DNA of 64,000 nucleotides from Propioniciclava sp. (GTDB lineage Bacteria > Actinomycetota > Actinomycetes > Propionibacteriales > Propionibacteriaceae), in assembly GCA_047973315.1 (NCBI GenBank), contig JBKEBV010000102.1, positions 1,102 through 65,101 on the forward strand, in the 5' to 3' direction. Below the pieces are notes generated by a model that saw only the letters and a list, made by a program, of their open reading frames with translations, made no database searches and was not told the DNA's origin. This document shows positions 48,366 through 56,805 of the stretch, one piece after another; the first letter of the stretch is position 1, and every line of letters begins with the position of its first letter. Made by a program: the position numbers and the translations under genes.

Positions 48366-48881
48366 ATGCGTTCCTTCCCCGGCCGATGGCTGGCCTTCGC
48401 TGCGGTGATCACGACCGCGGTGTCGGGGTGCGCGCTGACACCTCCCGCTCAGGTGACGGCACCCCCGCTCGGCACCGCATCCCCGACGGCACCCCCCGCG
48501 CCGAACCCGGATGCAGCAGGACCTGCCGAGGCCGCCACTGATCCACCCGTGGTGGTGCCGACGCCCTCTCCGGGCGCCAGTGCCGCCGTCGTCGATGTCC
48601 AGGTGACCACCTGGGGTGTCGAGGACGGGTGGTTCGACGCCGCTGCCGTCGTTCGCGGAGTTGTCGCCGACGACGGTCGCTGCACCCTTGAGCTCGAACG
48701 GGGCTCGGAGAAAGTGCGCGCGAGTGGGCCCGCGGCCCGTTCAGCGGCTTCCTCCGACTGCGCCGAAGGGCTCCGCATCTCAGTCAGCAATCTCAGTTCG
48801 GGGGACTGGACCATGACCATTCACTACAGCGCACCAGGGTTCGCCGGAACCTCAGAACGGACCCGGGTCGCGATCCCATGA
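48366..48881 (+). CDS. Lipoprotein, unknown function
   Basis: MRSFPGRWLAFAAVITTAVSGC lipobox, a Pro/Ala-rich linker and a small C-terminal domain. The stop overlaps the next start (ATGA). Confidence 0.65.
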   Translation: MRSFPGRWLAFAAVITTAVSGCALTPPAQVTAPPLGTASPTAPPAPNPDAAGPAEAATDPPVVVPTPSPGASAAVVDVQVTTWGVEDGWFDAAAVVRGVVADDGRCTLELERGSEKVRASGPAARSAASSDCAEGLRISVSNLSSGDWTMTIHYSAPGFAGTSERTRVAIP

Positions 48882-51466
48882 CCCGCCGCCACTCCCTCAG
48901 CCTGGCTGTCGGGATCGCGGTGCTGGCGGGGTTCGGCCTCCTGGTCCCCGGGACCACCACCCAGGCCGCGCCCGTGACCGACTTCGATCCCGGCATGATC
49001 ATCACCGACGCACTCTTCTACGACTCCAATGCCATGACCGCCGCCGAGGTACAGGACTTCCTCGAGGAGAAGGTCCCCCGGTGCGAACCCTGGCGGGACG
49101 CCGACCCCGACGACATCACCTGCCTGAAGGACTATGTCACCACCACCGTGGCGAAGTCGGCCAACACCCTGTGCCGGGGATACGCCGCCCGACAGGAGAC
49201 CGCTGCGGAGATCATCGACGGTGTGGCCCGGTCCTGCGGGATCAGCCAGAAGGTCCTCCTGGTCACCCTGCAGAAGGAGCAGCGCTTGGTCACCCACACC
49301 TGGCCCAGCAGTATCCGCTACCGCAAGGCGATGGGTTTCGGCTGCCCGGACACCGCGCCCTGCGACGCCCAGTACTACGGGTTCTTCAATCAGGTCTACA
49401 ACGCCGCCCAGCAGTTCAAGCGCTATCGGGCGAACCCGGACAACTACGGCTACCGCGCCGGACGGGTCAACTCCATCCTGTACAACCCGGACACCAGCTG
49501 TGGCACGAAATCGGTGACCATCAAGAACCAGGCGACCGCAGGCCTGTACATCTACACCCCCTACACCCCGAACCGGGCAGCCCTCGACGCGGGATACGGA
49601 ACCGGCGACAGCTGCAGCGCCTACGGCAACCGGAACTTCTTCCTGTTCTACACCGACTGGTTCGGACCCACGACCGGGCTCACCGTCCACACCTCGCTGG
49701 CGTCGGCCTACACCGCGGCCGGTGGGGCGAGCGTCCTGGGGCAACCGACCGCCGCCGGCCAGTACCTGTCGGACGACGGCGGCGGTTGGACACAGACCTT
49801 CGCCAACGGACTGTTGCTCCGGCACCGCACCGGAACCTCGGTCTTCCTGCCGTGGTCATCCGCGATCACCCGCGCCTACCAGGATTCCGGCGGACCTGCA
49901 GGGAGCTGGGGATGGCCGATCACCCCGATCAGCTGCAGCAGTTCCTGCGCTGCCGAGTTCCGCCATCGCAATGTCGTCACCGACGGCTCGACCGATCGCC
50001 TCCTCGGCAACCCCTTCTACGACGTCTCAGCCAACCGCGCCAGCAGCAACTACACCGGCTATGCCTCGGCCATCGCCTGGATGGACCAAGCGGGGGTCAC
50101 CACCACCGGGGGTGGGTACTTCCGGCCCGCCAACCCCGTGTCGCGGGCCCACATGGCGCTGTTCCTGTACCGCCTGGCCGGCTCCACCTACACCGCCGGG
50201 GACCAGACCTTCACCGATGTCAGCCCCGAGGGCGAGGTGCATGACGCCACCGGGTGGATGGCGGCAACCGGCATCACTCGACCCTCCGGGAACACCTTCA
50301 ATCCCGACGGTGGTGTGAGTCGGAGCGCGCTGGCAACATTTCTGTACCGGTACGCCGCCCCCAGCAAGTACATCCCTCCCGCCACCTCGCCCTTCACCGA
50401 TGTCAGCACCACCGACCCCTTCTACACCGAGATCTGCTGGCTGTACGAGAAGGGCATCCTCATCGGGCGCTCCACCTCGTCGGGACGGGTGTTCTCTCCC
50501 GGCGGCCAGGTGAACCGCGAGCTCCTCGCCCTCGTCCTGCACCGTCTTGACTCCACGGTCGACCCCCTCCGGGTCGGCGACGAGCTCGTCGACGCCTACC
50601 GCGACCTGGGCGGTTCCAGCACCATCGGAGTCCCGCTGACGCGTCCGTACGCCGAACCGGCCGACGGGGGCGGCTGGTGGCAGCGCTTCGAGAACGGCCG
50701 GCTCTACCTCACCTCGGACGGACTGAGCAGTTTCCTGCCGGTGGGCTCTGACCTCTCCGCGGGGTATCTCGCCAGCGGCGGCCCGGCAGGTGAGTGGGGA
50801 TGGCCGATCACCCCGGTGACCTGCCAGAGCGGCTCCGAGGCCTGCGCGGTCGAGTTCCGTGCGCGCAATGTCATCTCCGAGGATGGCGTCCTGATCGGCA
50901 ACCCGTTCCTCGATGTCTCCGGAAACGCCGCCAGCGTCAACTACACCCGCTGGGAGCCCTCCATCCGCTGGATGGACGAGGCAGGGGTCACCACCACCGG
51001 CGGCGGCTCGTACAACCCCGACAACACCGTTCGTCGCGCCCACATGGCCGCCTTCCTCTACCGGTTCTCCGGCAGCAGCTACGATGCCGGCAGCAAGCAG
51101 ACCTTCACCGATGTCCCGGTGTCCGCCTCCTTCCACGATGAGGTCGAATGGATGGCTGCCGAGGGGATCAGCCGCCCGTCCGGCGACACCTTCAACCGAA
51201 GCGGGGTGGTGAACCGCGCCGCGATGGCGGCCTTCCTCTACCGTCTGGAGGCACCGGCGTCCTACGTGCCGCCGACCAGGTCGCCCTATCGGGACATCAG
51301 CACCAGCCATCGGTTCTACACCGAGATCTGCTGGCTCTATGACCAAGGCGTCATCAGGGGAACCAGGACCGCGACCGGACGCGTCTTCTCCCCGACCAGG
51401 TCGGTCACCCGGAAGTACCTGGCGGTCTACCTCCACCGGATGGACGAACGCGGCCTCGGTCGCTGA
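48878..51466 (+). CDS. Secreted cell-wall-associated protein: N-terminal Cys-rich domain plus two tandem modules of LGFP-like and SLH-like repeats
   Basis: Signal peptide MTRRHSLSLAVGIAVLAGFGLLVPGTTTQAAP. LGFP-like units (LGQPT...GGGWTQTFANGLL, GPAGSWGWPITP). SLH-like units (FTDV...WMA..GIT.PSGNTFNP...VSR..LATFLYR). Confidence 0.8.
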   Translation: MTRRHSLSLAVGIAVLAGFGLLVPGTTTQAAPVTDFDPGMIITDALFYDSNAMTAAEVQDFLEEKVPRCEPWRDADPDDITCLKDYVTTTVAKSANTLCRGYAARQETAAEIIDGVARSCGISQKVLLVTLQKEQRLVTHTWPSSIRYRKAMGFGCPDTAPCDAQYYGFFNQVYNAAQQFKRYRANPDNYGYRAGRVNSILYNPDTSCGTKSVTIKNQATAGLYIYTPYTPNRAALDAGYGTGDSCSAYGNRNFFLFYTDWFGPTTGLTVHTSLASAYTAAGGASVLGQPTAAGQYLSDDGGGWTQTFANGLLLRHRTGTSVFLPWSSAITRAYQDSGGPAGSWGWPITPISCSSSCAAEFRHRNVVTDGSTDRLLGNPFYDVSANRASSNYTGYASAIAWMDQAGVTTTGGGYFRPANPVSRAHMALFLYRLAGSTYTAGDQTFTDVSPEGEVHDATGWMAATGITRPSGNTFNPDGGVSRSALATFLYRYAAPSKYIPPATSPFTDVSTTDPFYTEICWLYEKGILIGRSTSSGRVFSPGGQVNRELLALVLHRLDSTVDPLRVGDELVDAYRDLGGSSTIGVPLTRPYAEPADGGGWWQRFENGRLYLTSDGLSSFLPVGSDLSAGYLASGGPAGEWGWPITPVTCQSGSEACAVEFRARNVISEDGVLIGNPFLDVSGNAASVNYTRWEPSIRWMDEAGVTTTGGGSYNPDNTVRRAHMAAFLYRFSGSSYDAGSKQTFTDVPVSASFHDEVEWMAAEGISRPSGDTFNRSGVVNRAAMAAFLYRLEAPASYVPPTRSPYRDISTSHRFYTEICWLYDQGVIRGTRTATGRVFSPTRSVTRKYLAVYLHRMDERGLGR
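49676..51463 (+). repeat. Internal tandem duplication (two modules of about 295-300 aa) within 48878..51466
   Basis: Module A (about 49676-50557) and module B (about 50558-51463) are colinear. Shared blocks include GPAG.WGWPITP..C, GNPF.DVS.N.AS.NYT, W.MD.AGVTTTGGG, FTDV, WMAA.GI.RPSG.TFN, YTEICWLY..G and GRVFSP. Confidence 0.8.
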
Positions 51467-51470
51467 GGAG

Positions 51471-51507
51471 GCCGCCGTGGGCGGAGCGTGACCGCGTCCA
51501 CGGCGGG
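51471..51507. terminator. Hairpin between convergent genes
   Basis: GCCGCCGTGG ... CCACGGCGG stem, starting 5 nt after the stop at 51466. Confidence 0.4.
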
Positions 51508-51540
51508 CTCACCGACCGGGTCCCCGAGGAGGGCGCGGGT

Positions 51541-52758
51541 TCAGTCGGCGAAGGCGTCGACTGCCTCGCCCTTCTTCATGGTGGCGAACAGGTCGTCAGC
51601 CTCGGCGTCATCCCACAGCACCGAGGAACCGGCGGAGGTGGACGCATTGGTGGAACTCAGCGGCACCACGAAGGTCTGACCCGATCCGGTGCCGATCTTG
51701 ACCACCGACCGCCCCATCCCGATCAGGTCCAGAAGGCCGACATCCTCACCGAGGGTCACTGCCCGCGACAGCGCGTAGTTGATCCCGACCCAGCGCCAGG
51801 GCAGCAGGATGGTGGCCGGTGAGATCACCTTGGAGGCCAGCGCGTCGAGCATCTCCCGCTGACGTTCCGCCCGGCCGATGTCACCCTTGGGGTCGGCCTT
51901 GCGCATCCGCACGTAGCCGAGCGCGGTGATGCCGTCCATCTCCTGGCAGCCGGCAGGGATATCGAGCTGGGAGTCCTTGTCCTTGATGGCGTTCTCGGGG
52001 CACATCTCAATGCCACCGACCGCATCGACGGCGTTCACGAAGCCGCCGAAGCCGATCTCGGCGTAGCCGTCGACCTGGAGCCCGGTATTCGTCTCAACGG
52101 TCTCGACCAGGAGTTCGGGTCCCCCGAAGGCGTATGCGGCATTGATCTTGTTCTGGCCGTGGCCGGGAATGTCGACGAAGCTGTCCCGCGGCAGGGAGAT
52201 CAGTGCGGCATCGCCACTGCGCGGGAGGTAGAGCAGCATGATCGTGTCGGCGCGGCGCCCCTCGGCCGAGCCGGTTCCCAGATCCGACTTCTCCTCCTTG
52301 CTGAGTCCTTCACGCGAGTCCGACCCGGCAAGCACGATCACCTGGCCGGGCTGGCTGGCCGGACGGTCGCCGTCGGGGGCCGCATCCACCCGCGGCATGA
52401 ACGGCCAGGTCGCCAGCGGCACACCGAGCAGGTAGGCCGCCACGACGATCAGGGTGTTCCTGACCGGATGCCGACGTCGACGGCGTCGCGGCGGGCGTGC
52501 GACCGGTGGCTGCGGTGCCCGGGGCGGAGCGGCCTGCAGCGGTTCGGTCCTCGGCGGCCCCGGCTGGCCGGAGGCACCATAGTGGCCCACCGGCGTGGGC
52601 GCACCGTAGACAGTTCCCTGGTCGCGATACAACGCGTCCGGGTTCTCCGGTAGAGGCGCGGAGGGCACCTCCGGCGACGGCCCGGGCGCGGGGTCACGGC
52701 GATCGCCCCCGTACTGGCCCCGACGGTAGAGCCAGTCCTCGTCGTCACTGTTGCTCAT
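51541..52758 (-). CDS. LCP (LytR-CpsA-Psr) family protein with a Pro-rich cytoplasmic N-terminus
   Basis: LAGSDSREG...RADTIMLLYLP, SLPRDSFV, KINAAYAFGG and DIGRAERQREML. TM anchor NTLIVVAAYLLGVPLATWPF. Confidence 0.85.
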   Translation of the reverse strand: MSNSDDEDWLYRRGQYGGDRRDPAPGPSPEVPSAPLPENPDALYRDQGTVYGAPTPVGHYGASGQPGPPRTEPLQAAPPRAPQPPVARPPRRRRRRHPVRNTLIVVAAYLLGVPLATWPFMPRVDAAPDGDRPASQPGQVIVLAGSDSREGLSKEEKSDLGTGSAEGRRADTIMLLYLPRSGDAALISLPRDSFVDIPGHGQNKINAAYAFGGPELLVETVETNTGLQVDGYAEIGFGGFVNAVDAVGGIEMCPENAIKDKDSQLDIPAGCQEMDGITALGYVRMRKADPKGDIGRAERQREMLDALASKVISPATILLPWRWVGINYALSRAVTLGEDVGLLDLIGMGRSVVKIGTGSGQTFVVPLSSTNASTSAGSSVLWDDAEADDLFATMKKGEAVDAFAD

Positions 52759-52864
52759 CTCACCAACGGTAGCCCTCCGGCTCAACGGCGACAGGCCCGG
52801 CACACCTGGGCGACGAATCCCCGGCAGATCGGCCGCGACCGGCCCCGGCCGCAGCCCCCGGGGC

Positions 52865-53821
52865 TCAGGCCTCGGGCACGATCGCCCGGACGGATCCGAC
52901 CGCCGCGCCGTGCCCCAGCACGGGGACATCGGCCAATGCCGCACAAGCGGCGGCATCCACACCGTGCTCGCGCAGCAGGGCGGCCATCACCACGCGGGCC
53001 GCCCGGTCGCCGCCGTCGACGATCTTGACCGCGAAGCCCCGACCGTCGGGGGACCCGACCGCCATCACCGCTTCGGCGCCGATCTTGGCGATCAGTCCGG
53101 GAACCGCGGCCATCAGCTCAGTGTCGGGGCGCCCGGTGCCGCCGACGTGAGCAGGGTGGGCGCGCATGGCATCGGCCACCCGGCGGGCCGGCCCGTCGGT
53201 GGCGCAGGCGAGGCGCCCGAAGGCCCGGGCCAGCCCCGCCAGGGCGAAGCCGTGGGTCGGCGCCCCGCACCCGTCCACCTCGGTCGCGACGACCGGCACG
53301 CCGGTGAAATCCGCCACCACCGAACGGATCTTCTTCTGCAACGGGTGCTCGACGTCGAGGTAGTCAGCGCAGCTCCACCCGGAGGCGCGGCAGGCCGTCA
53401 GCATGCCGGCGTGCTTGCCCGAGCAGTTCTGCGCGATGGCCGCGGGCCCGAGGCCATCGCGGAGCCAGGCGGCGCGGGCCCGGGCGTCATCCGGCAGCGC
53501 CGGGGTGTTCTGCAGAGCGGCCTCGTCCAGGCCCGCCGCGGCGAGCATCCCGCGGACCCCCGCGAGGTGAAAGGCCTCCCCCGCATGGGAGGCGCAGGCC
53601 AGGGCGAGGGCGGAACCGTCGAGGGGCGCCCCGGCCGACAGGGCGGCAACGGCCTGCAGTGGCTTGAATGCCGATCGCGCCAGGATGACCACCTCGGCAT
53701 CACCCACCGCCCGGGCCACGGCCCCGTCGGCTGCGGTGACCGCAGCGACGCCGTGATGAACCGACTCGACAAAGCTCCCCCGGACGACCTCGGCCACCGC
53801 CGGTGCCTCGTGCAGACGCAT
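52865..53821 (-). CDS. Asparaginase-II-like (PF06089-type) protein
   Basis: VESVHHG, RSAFKPLQA, ASHAGE, NCSGKHAGML and DGCGAP blocks. Confidence 0.8.
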   Translation of the reverse strand: MRLHEAPAVAEVVRGSFVESVHHGVAAVTAADGAVARAVGDAEVVILARSAFKPLQAVAALSAGAPLDGSALALACASHAGEAFHLAGVRGMLAAAGLDEAALQNTPALPDDARARAAWLRDGLGPAAIAQNCSGKHAGMLTACRASGWSCADYLDVEHPLQKKIRSVVADFTGVPVVATEVDGCGAPTHGFALAGLARAFGRLACATDGPARRVADAMRAHPAHVGGTGRPDTELMAAVPGLIAKIGAEAVMAVGSPDGRGFAVKIVDGGDRAARVVMAALLREHGVDAAACAALADVPVLGHGAAVGSVRAIVPEA

Positions 53822-53912
53822 CGGGCCAGTATCGCAGGGCGGAACCGCGAGACCCCCGCCGACCGGGAACCTGAGATTTTCCTTAACGTCTCTCATGTGA
53901 CACCATGGTGGT

Positions 53913-54608
53913 GTGCCCGGGCTTCATCGATTCCGTACGGTCATGCTCTCAGCAACCGCGCTGGCAGTAGTGACCGCCGGAACTGCCGTCGGATTCTCGC
54001 AGTCCGGCCGCACGCTTGAGTACAACGGAATCGTCGTGAGTGCTGACGCGCTGGCCGAGGCCCACGAGGACGGTGTCAGCCGCGGCGGGGACCGCACCGC
54101 TGTCGAGGAGGCCGCTGCCGCGCGGAGCGCGCGCCTGAACGATCAGAACGACGCGATCACCGCCCGGGAGACCGAAGTGCTGCTCCAGAACCGCAACGAG
54201 GAGCAGGCCGCGCTGACCAAGACCCTCGCCAAGGAAGGGAAACGGCTGCTCGCCGAGGCTGAGCGCCAGGCGATCATCGCCAAGCACGGCTACGACCCCG
54301 AGGTGACCGAACCCCGCGAGATCGCCCGCCAGATGATGGAGAACAAGTTCGGCTGGGGTGCTGCCGAGTTCACCTGCTACGACAACATCATCATGCGCGA
54401 GAGCCTGTGGAACCCGACGGCCGACAACCCCACCTCCAGTGCCTACGGGATCCCCCAGGCGCTGCCCGGGAACCGGATGGCGAGCGAGGGCGATGACTGG
54501 CGCACCAACCCTGCCACCCAGATCCGCTGGGGCCTGAAATACGTCAAGGAGCGCTACGGAACACCCTGCTCAGCCTGGTCCTTCAAAGCTGCCCACGGCT
54601 GGTACTGA
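53913..54608 (+). CDS. Secreted protein with a C-terminal lytic-transglycosylase-like / aggregation-promoting-factor-like domain
   Basis: Signal-like N-terminus, a coiled-coil region, and the C-terminal ...IIMRESLWNPTADNPTSSAYGIPQALPG...IRWGLKYVKERYGTPCSAW. Confidence 0.65.
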   Translation: MPGLHRFRTVMLSATALAVVTAGTAVGFSQSGRTLEYNGIVVSADALAEAHEDGVSRGGDRTAVEEAAAARSARLNDQNDAITARETEVLLQNRNEEQAALTKTLAKEGKRLLAEAERQAIIAKHGYDPEVTEPREIARQMMENKFGWGAAEFTCYDNIIMRESLWNPTADNPTSSAYGIPQALPGNRMASEGDDWRTNPATQIRWGLKYVKERYGTPCSAWSFKAAHGWY

Positions 54609-54728
54609 GCCCGAGCCGGCGCTCCTCGCCCGGTGCGCGACCCCCTGCGGACACACTGACTCCGCCGACCCCGCTCACCGAACCCGCGGGTCCGCGCCCG
54701 GGCCTAAGCTGGTCACGGAGGTGGTTGC

Positions 54729-55796
54729 GTGACCGATCAGGACGACCAAGCGGGGGGTCAGTCTCCGGAGGAGCGCGGCCCCGCGTTTCCCCAGCCCGGT
54801 CAACGCGGCCCGGAAGCCTACCCTCCGCCCGGCCAGCCACCGCACGGCTGGGTGCCACCACCCGGGCCAGGACCCTTCGCCGGCGGTGCGCAGCCCCCGG
54901 CCAGCTATCCGGCCACCTGCTACCGCCACCCGAGCCGGCCGGCCGGAGTCCGCTGCCAGCACTGTGGCCGACCCATCTGTGGCGCCTGCATGATCGAGGC
55001 GCCGGTCGGCCACCAGTGCCCCTCCTGTGTCGCCCGGGGCAAGGCCGCCACCCGCCAGGGCACTCTGCGCCACGGGGGCCGGCCCTCGGCGAACCCCCAG
55101 CTGACCACCGTCGTCCTCATCGTGCTCAACCTGGCCGTCTGGGCCGCTGCCGCCGTCGGCGGCTATGCCGGCACCATCTTCAACCTGTTCGCACTGGCTC
55201 CGCACGGCACCTGCCTGCTGGACGGACGCTACGGCGGCGCCACCGCGGCCGTGTGTGCCGCGGCGGGTGGCCAGTGGCTCCCTGGTCTTGCCGACGGTGG
55301 CTGGTGGGAGCCTCTGACCAGCATGTTCACCCACATGGAGCTGACGCATCTCGGTTTCAACATGGTGGCGCTGTGGTTCCTCGGACCGCCCCTGGAACAG
55401 GCCCTCGGCCGGGCCCGGTTCCTGGCGATCTATTTCATCTCGGGATGGGCCGGCGCGGCTCTGTTCGTCTGGCTGTCGGCGCCCTACGTGCAGGCGGTCG
55501 GCGCCTCCGGGTCGATTTTCGGGATGTTGGGCGCCCTGCTCGTTCTGGCAGTGCGGCAGCGCGCCGATCCGAGGAGGCTGCTGTTCTGGCTGGGACTCAA
55601 CATTGTTATCACCGTCCTCAACCTGGACACGATCTCCTGGGAGGGCCACCTGGGCGGCCTGATCGGCGGATCGGCGATCGCCTACCTGCTGACCGCCATT
55701 CGTGGTCGGGACCGTGAGCGACGGCAATGGCTGGCCATCGGAGCTGTCGCTGCCGTCGTGGTGGGCCTCCTGGGGGCGTTCGCCGTCCTGAACTGA
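54729..55796 (+). CDS. Rhomboid family intramembrane serine protease with an N-terminal zinc-ribbon
   Basis: CYRHP...RCQHCGRPICGAC...HQCPSC. Also HLGFNM, the catalytic GASGSIFG motif and GHLGG. Confidence 0.85.
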   Translation: MTDQDDQAGGQSPEERGPAFPQPGQRGPEAYPPPGQPPHGWVPPPGPGPFAGGAQPPASYPATCYRHPSRPAGVRCQHCGRPICGACMIEAPVGHQCPSCVARGKAATRQGTLRHGGRPSANPQLTTVVLIVLNLAVWAAAAVGGYAGTIFNLFALAPHGTCLLDGRYGGATAAVCAAAGGQWLPGLADGGWWEPLTSMFTHMELTHLGFNMVALWFLGPPLEQALGRARFLAIYFISGWAGAALFVWLSAPYVQAVGASGSIFGMLGALLVLAVRQRADPRRLLFWLGLNIVITVLNLDTISWEGHLGGLIGGSAIAYLLTAIRGRDRERRQWLAIGAVAAVVVGLLGAFAVLN

Positions 55797-55848
55797 CCTC
55801 GGACCCCCCGGGGGCCACCCGGACCCGCGCGCCACCCCGGAGGAGGAC

Positions 55849-56790
55849 TTGCCTGAGGGGCCACCCGGGCACAGGCTGGTCCCCGTGCTCCTGATCGATC
55901 CGCCGCGCTGGCCCGCCCACGGGACGGTCTTCGGTCACCTGGTGTCCGATCTCTCGCTGGCGGAGCTGCACGCCTTCGCCCGCATCGCCGGGCTACCCGC
56001 CGGGGCTTTCGACCACGACCACTACGACGTTCCTGAGAACCGGTACCCGCGCCTGCTGGCAGCCGGGGCAGCCCTCACCCCGAGCCGGGAACTGCTCACC
56101 CGGCTCCGCGCGTCCGGGCTGAGGGTGGGGCCCCGCGACCGTCAGCCCGGTCGGCGCCGGGCCAGCACGCAGCTTCGCGCCCGGTGGGCGGCCGCCCGGC
56201 TCGCACCGGAGTCCGTGGGCGAGGATCTCCTGCAGCGATGGCAGGAGTCCCACCGCCGCTACCACGACGTGCGTCACCTGTCCCAGGCCCTGACCGCCGA
56301 CGACGCGCTGGGATCCGATGACCCGCTCGTCACGCTCGCACTGTGGTTCCACGACGCCGTGTACACCGGGTCCGCAGGGCAGGACGAGGAGACCTCAGCC
56401 GACCTGGCCGGGTTCCTGCTGCACCCCCACCGTCCCCGAGCAGAGGTGGCCGAGGTGCAACGCCTCGTCCGGCTGACCGCTGGCCACGACCCCGATCCGA
56501 GCGATCGCCGCGGCACCCGGGTCGTCGACGCCGACCTGTCCATTCTCGCCGTGACGGAGGCCCGCTACCACGTCTACGCCCGGGATGTTCGCCTGGAGTA
56601 CGCCCAACTACCGGAACCGGCCTTCGTTGCGGGACGTACCGCCGTCCTGCAGGGACTGCTGGACTACGACCACCTCTACCGATCACCGGCGGCTCACCGC
56701 TGGGAGGCGCCGGCTCGGACGAATCTCACCGCCGAACTCGACCAGCTCGCCACCGGCCTTCCGCTGGTCCCCGGGGGCGTTGCGGGATGA
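55849..56790 (+). CDS. DUF4031-like N-terminal domain fused to an HD-like phosphohydrolase domain
   Basis: GHLVSDLSLAELHAFARIAGLP...FDHDHYDV (DUF4031-like), then YHDVRHLSQAL...LALWFHDAVY (HD-like). The TTG start is uncertain. Confidence 0.55.
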   Translation: MPEGPPGHRLVPVLLIDPPRWPAHGTVFGHLVSDLSLAELHAFARIAGLPAGAFDHDHYDVPENRYPRLLAAGAALTPSRELLTRLRASGLRVGPRDRQPGRRRASTQLRARWAAARLAPESVGEDLLQRWQESHRRYHDVRHLSQALTADDALGSDDPLVTLALWFHDAVYTGSAGQDEETSADLAGFLLHPHRPRAEVAEVQRLVRLTAGHDPDPSDRRGTRVVDADLSILAVTEARYHVYARDVRLEYAQLPEPAFVAGRTAVLQGLLDYDHLYRSPAAHRWEAPARTNLTAELDQLATGLPLVPGGVAG

Positions 56791-56805
56791 CCTGGTTGCG
56801 GTGAC

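Noticed and set aside
53822-53912. Possible cyclic-di-AMP (ydaO-type) riboswitch upstream of the transglycosylase-like gene
   Set aside because: The leader is only about 90 nt and lacks the conserved ACGGGGA-type pseudo-symmetric motifs as far as I can see.
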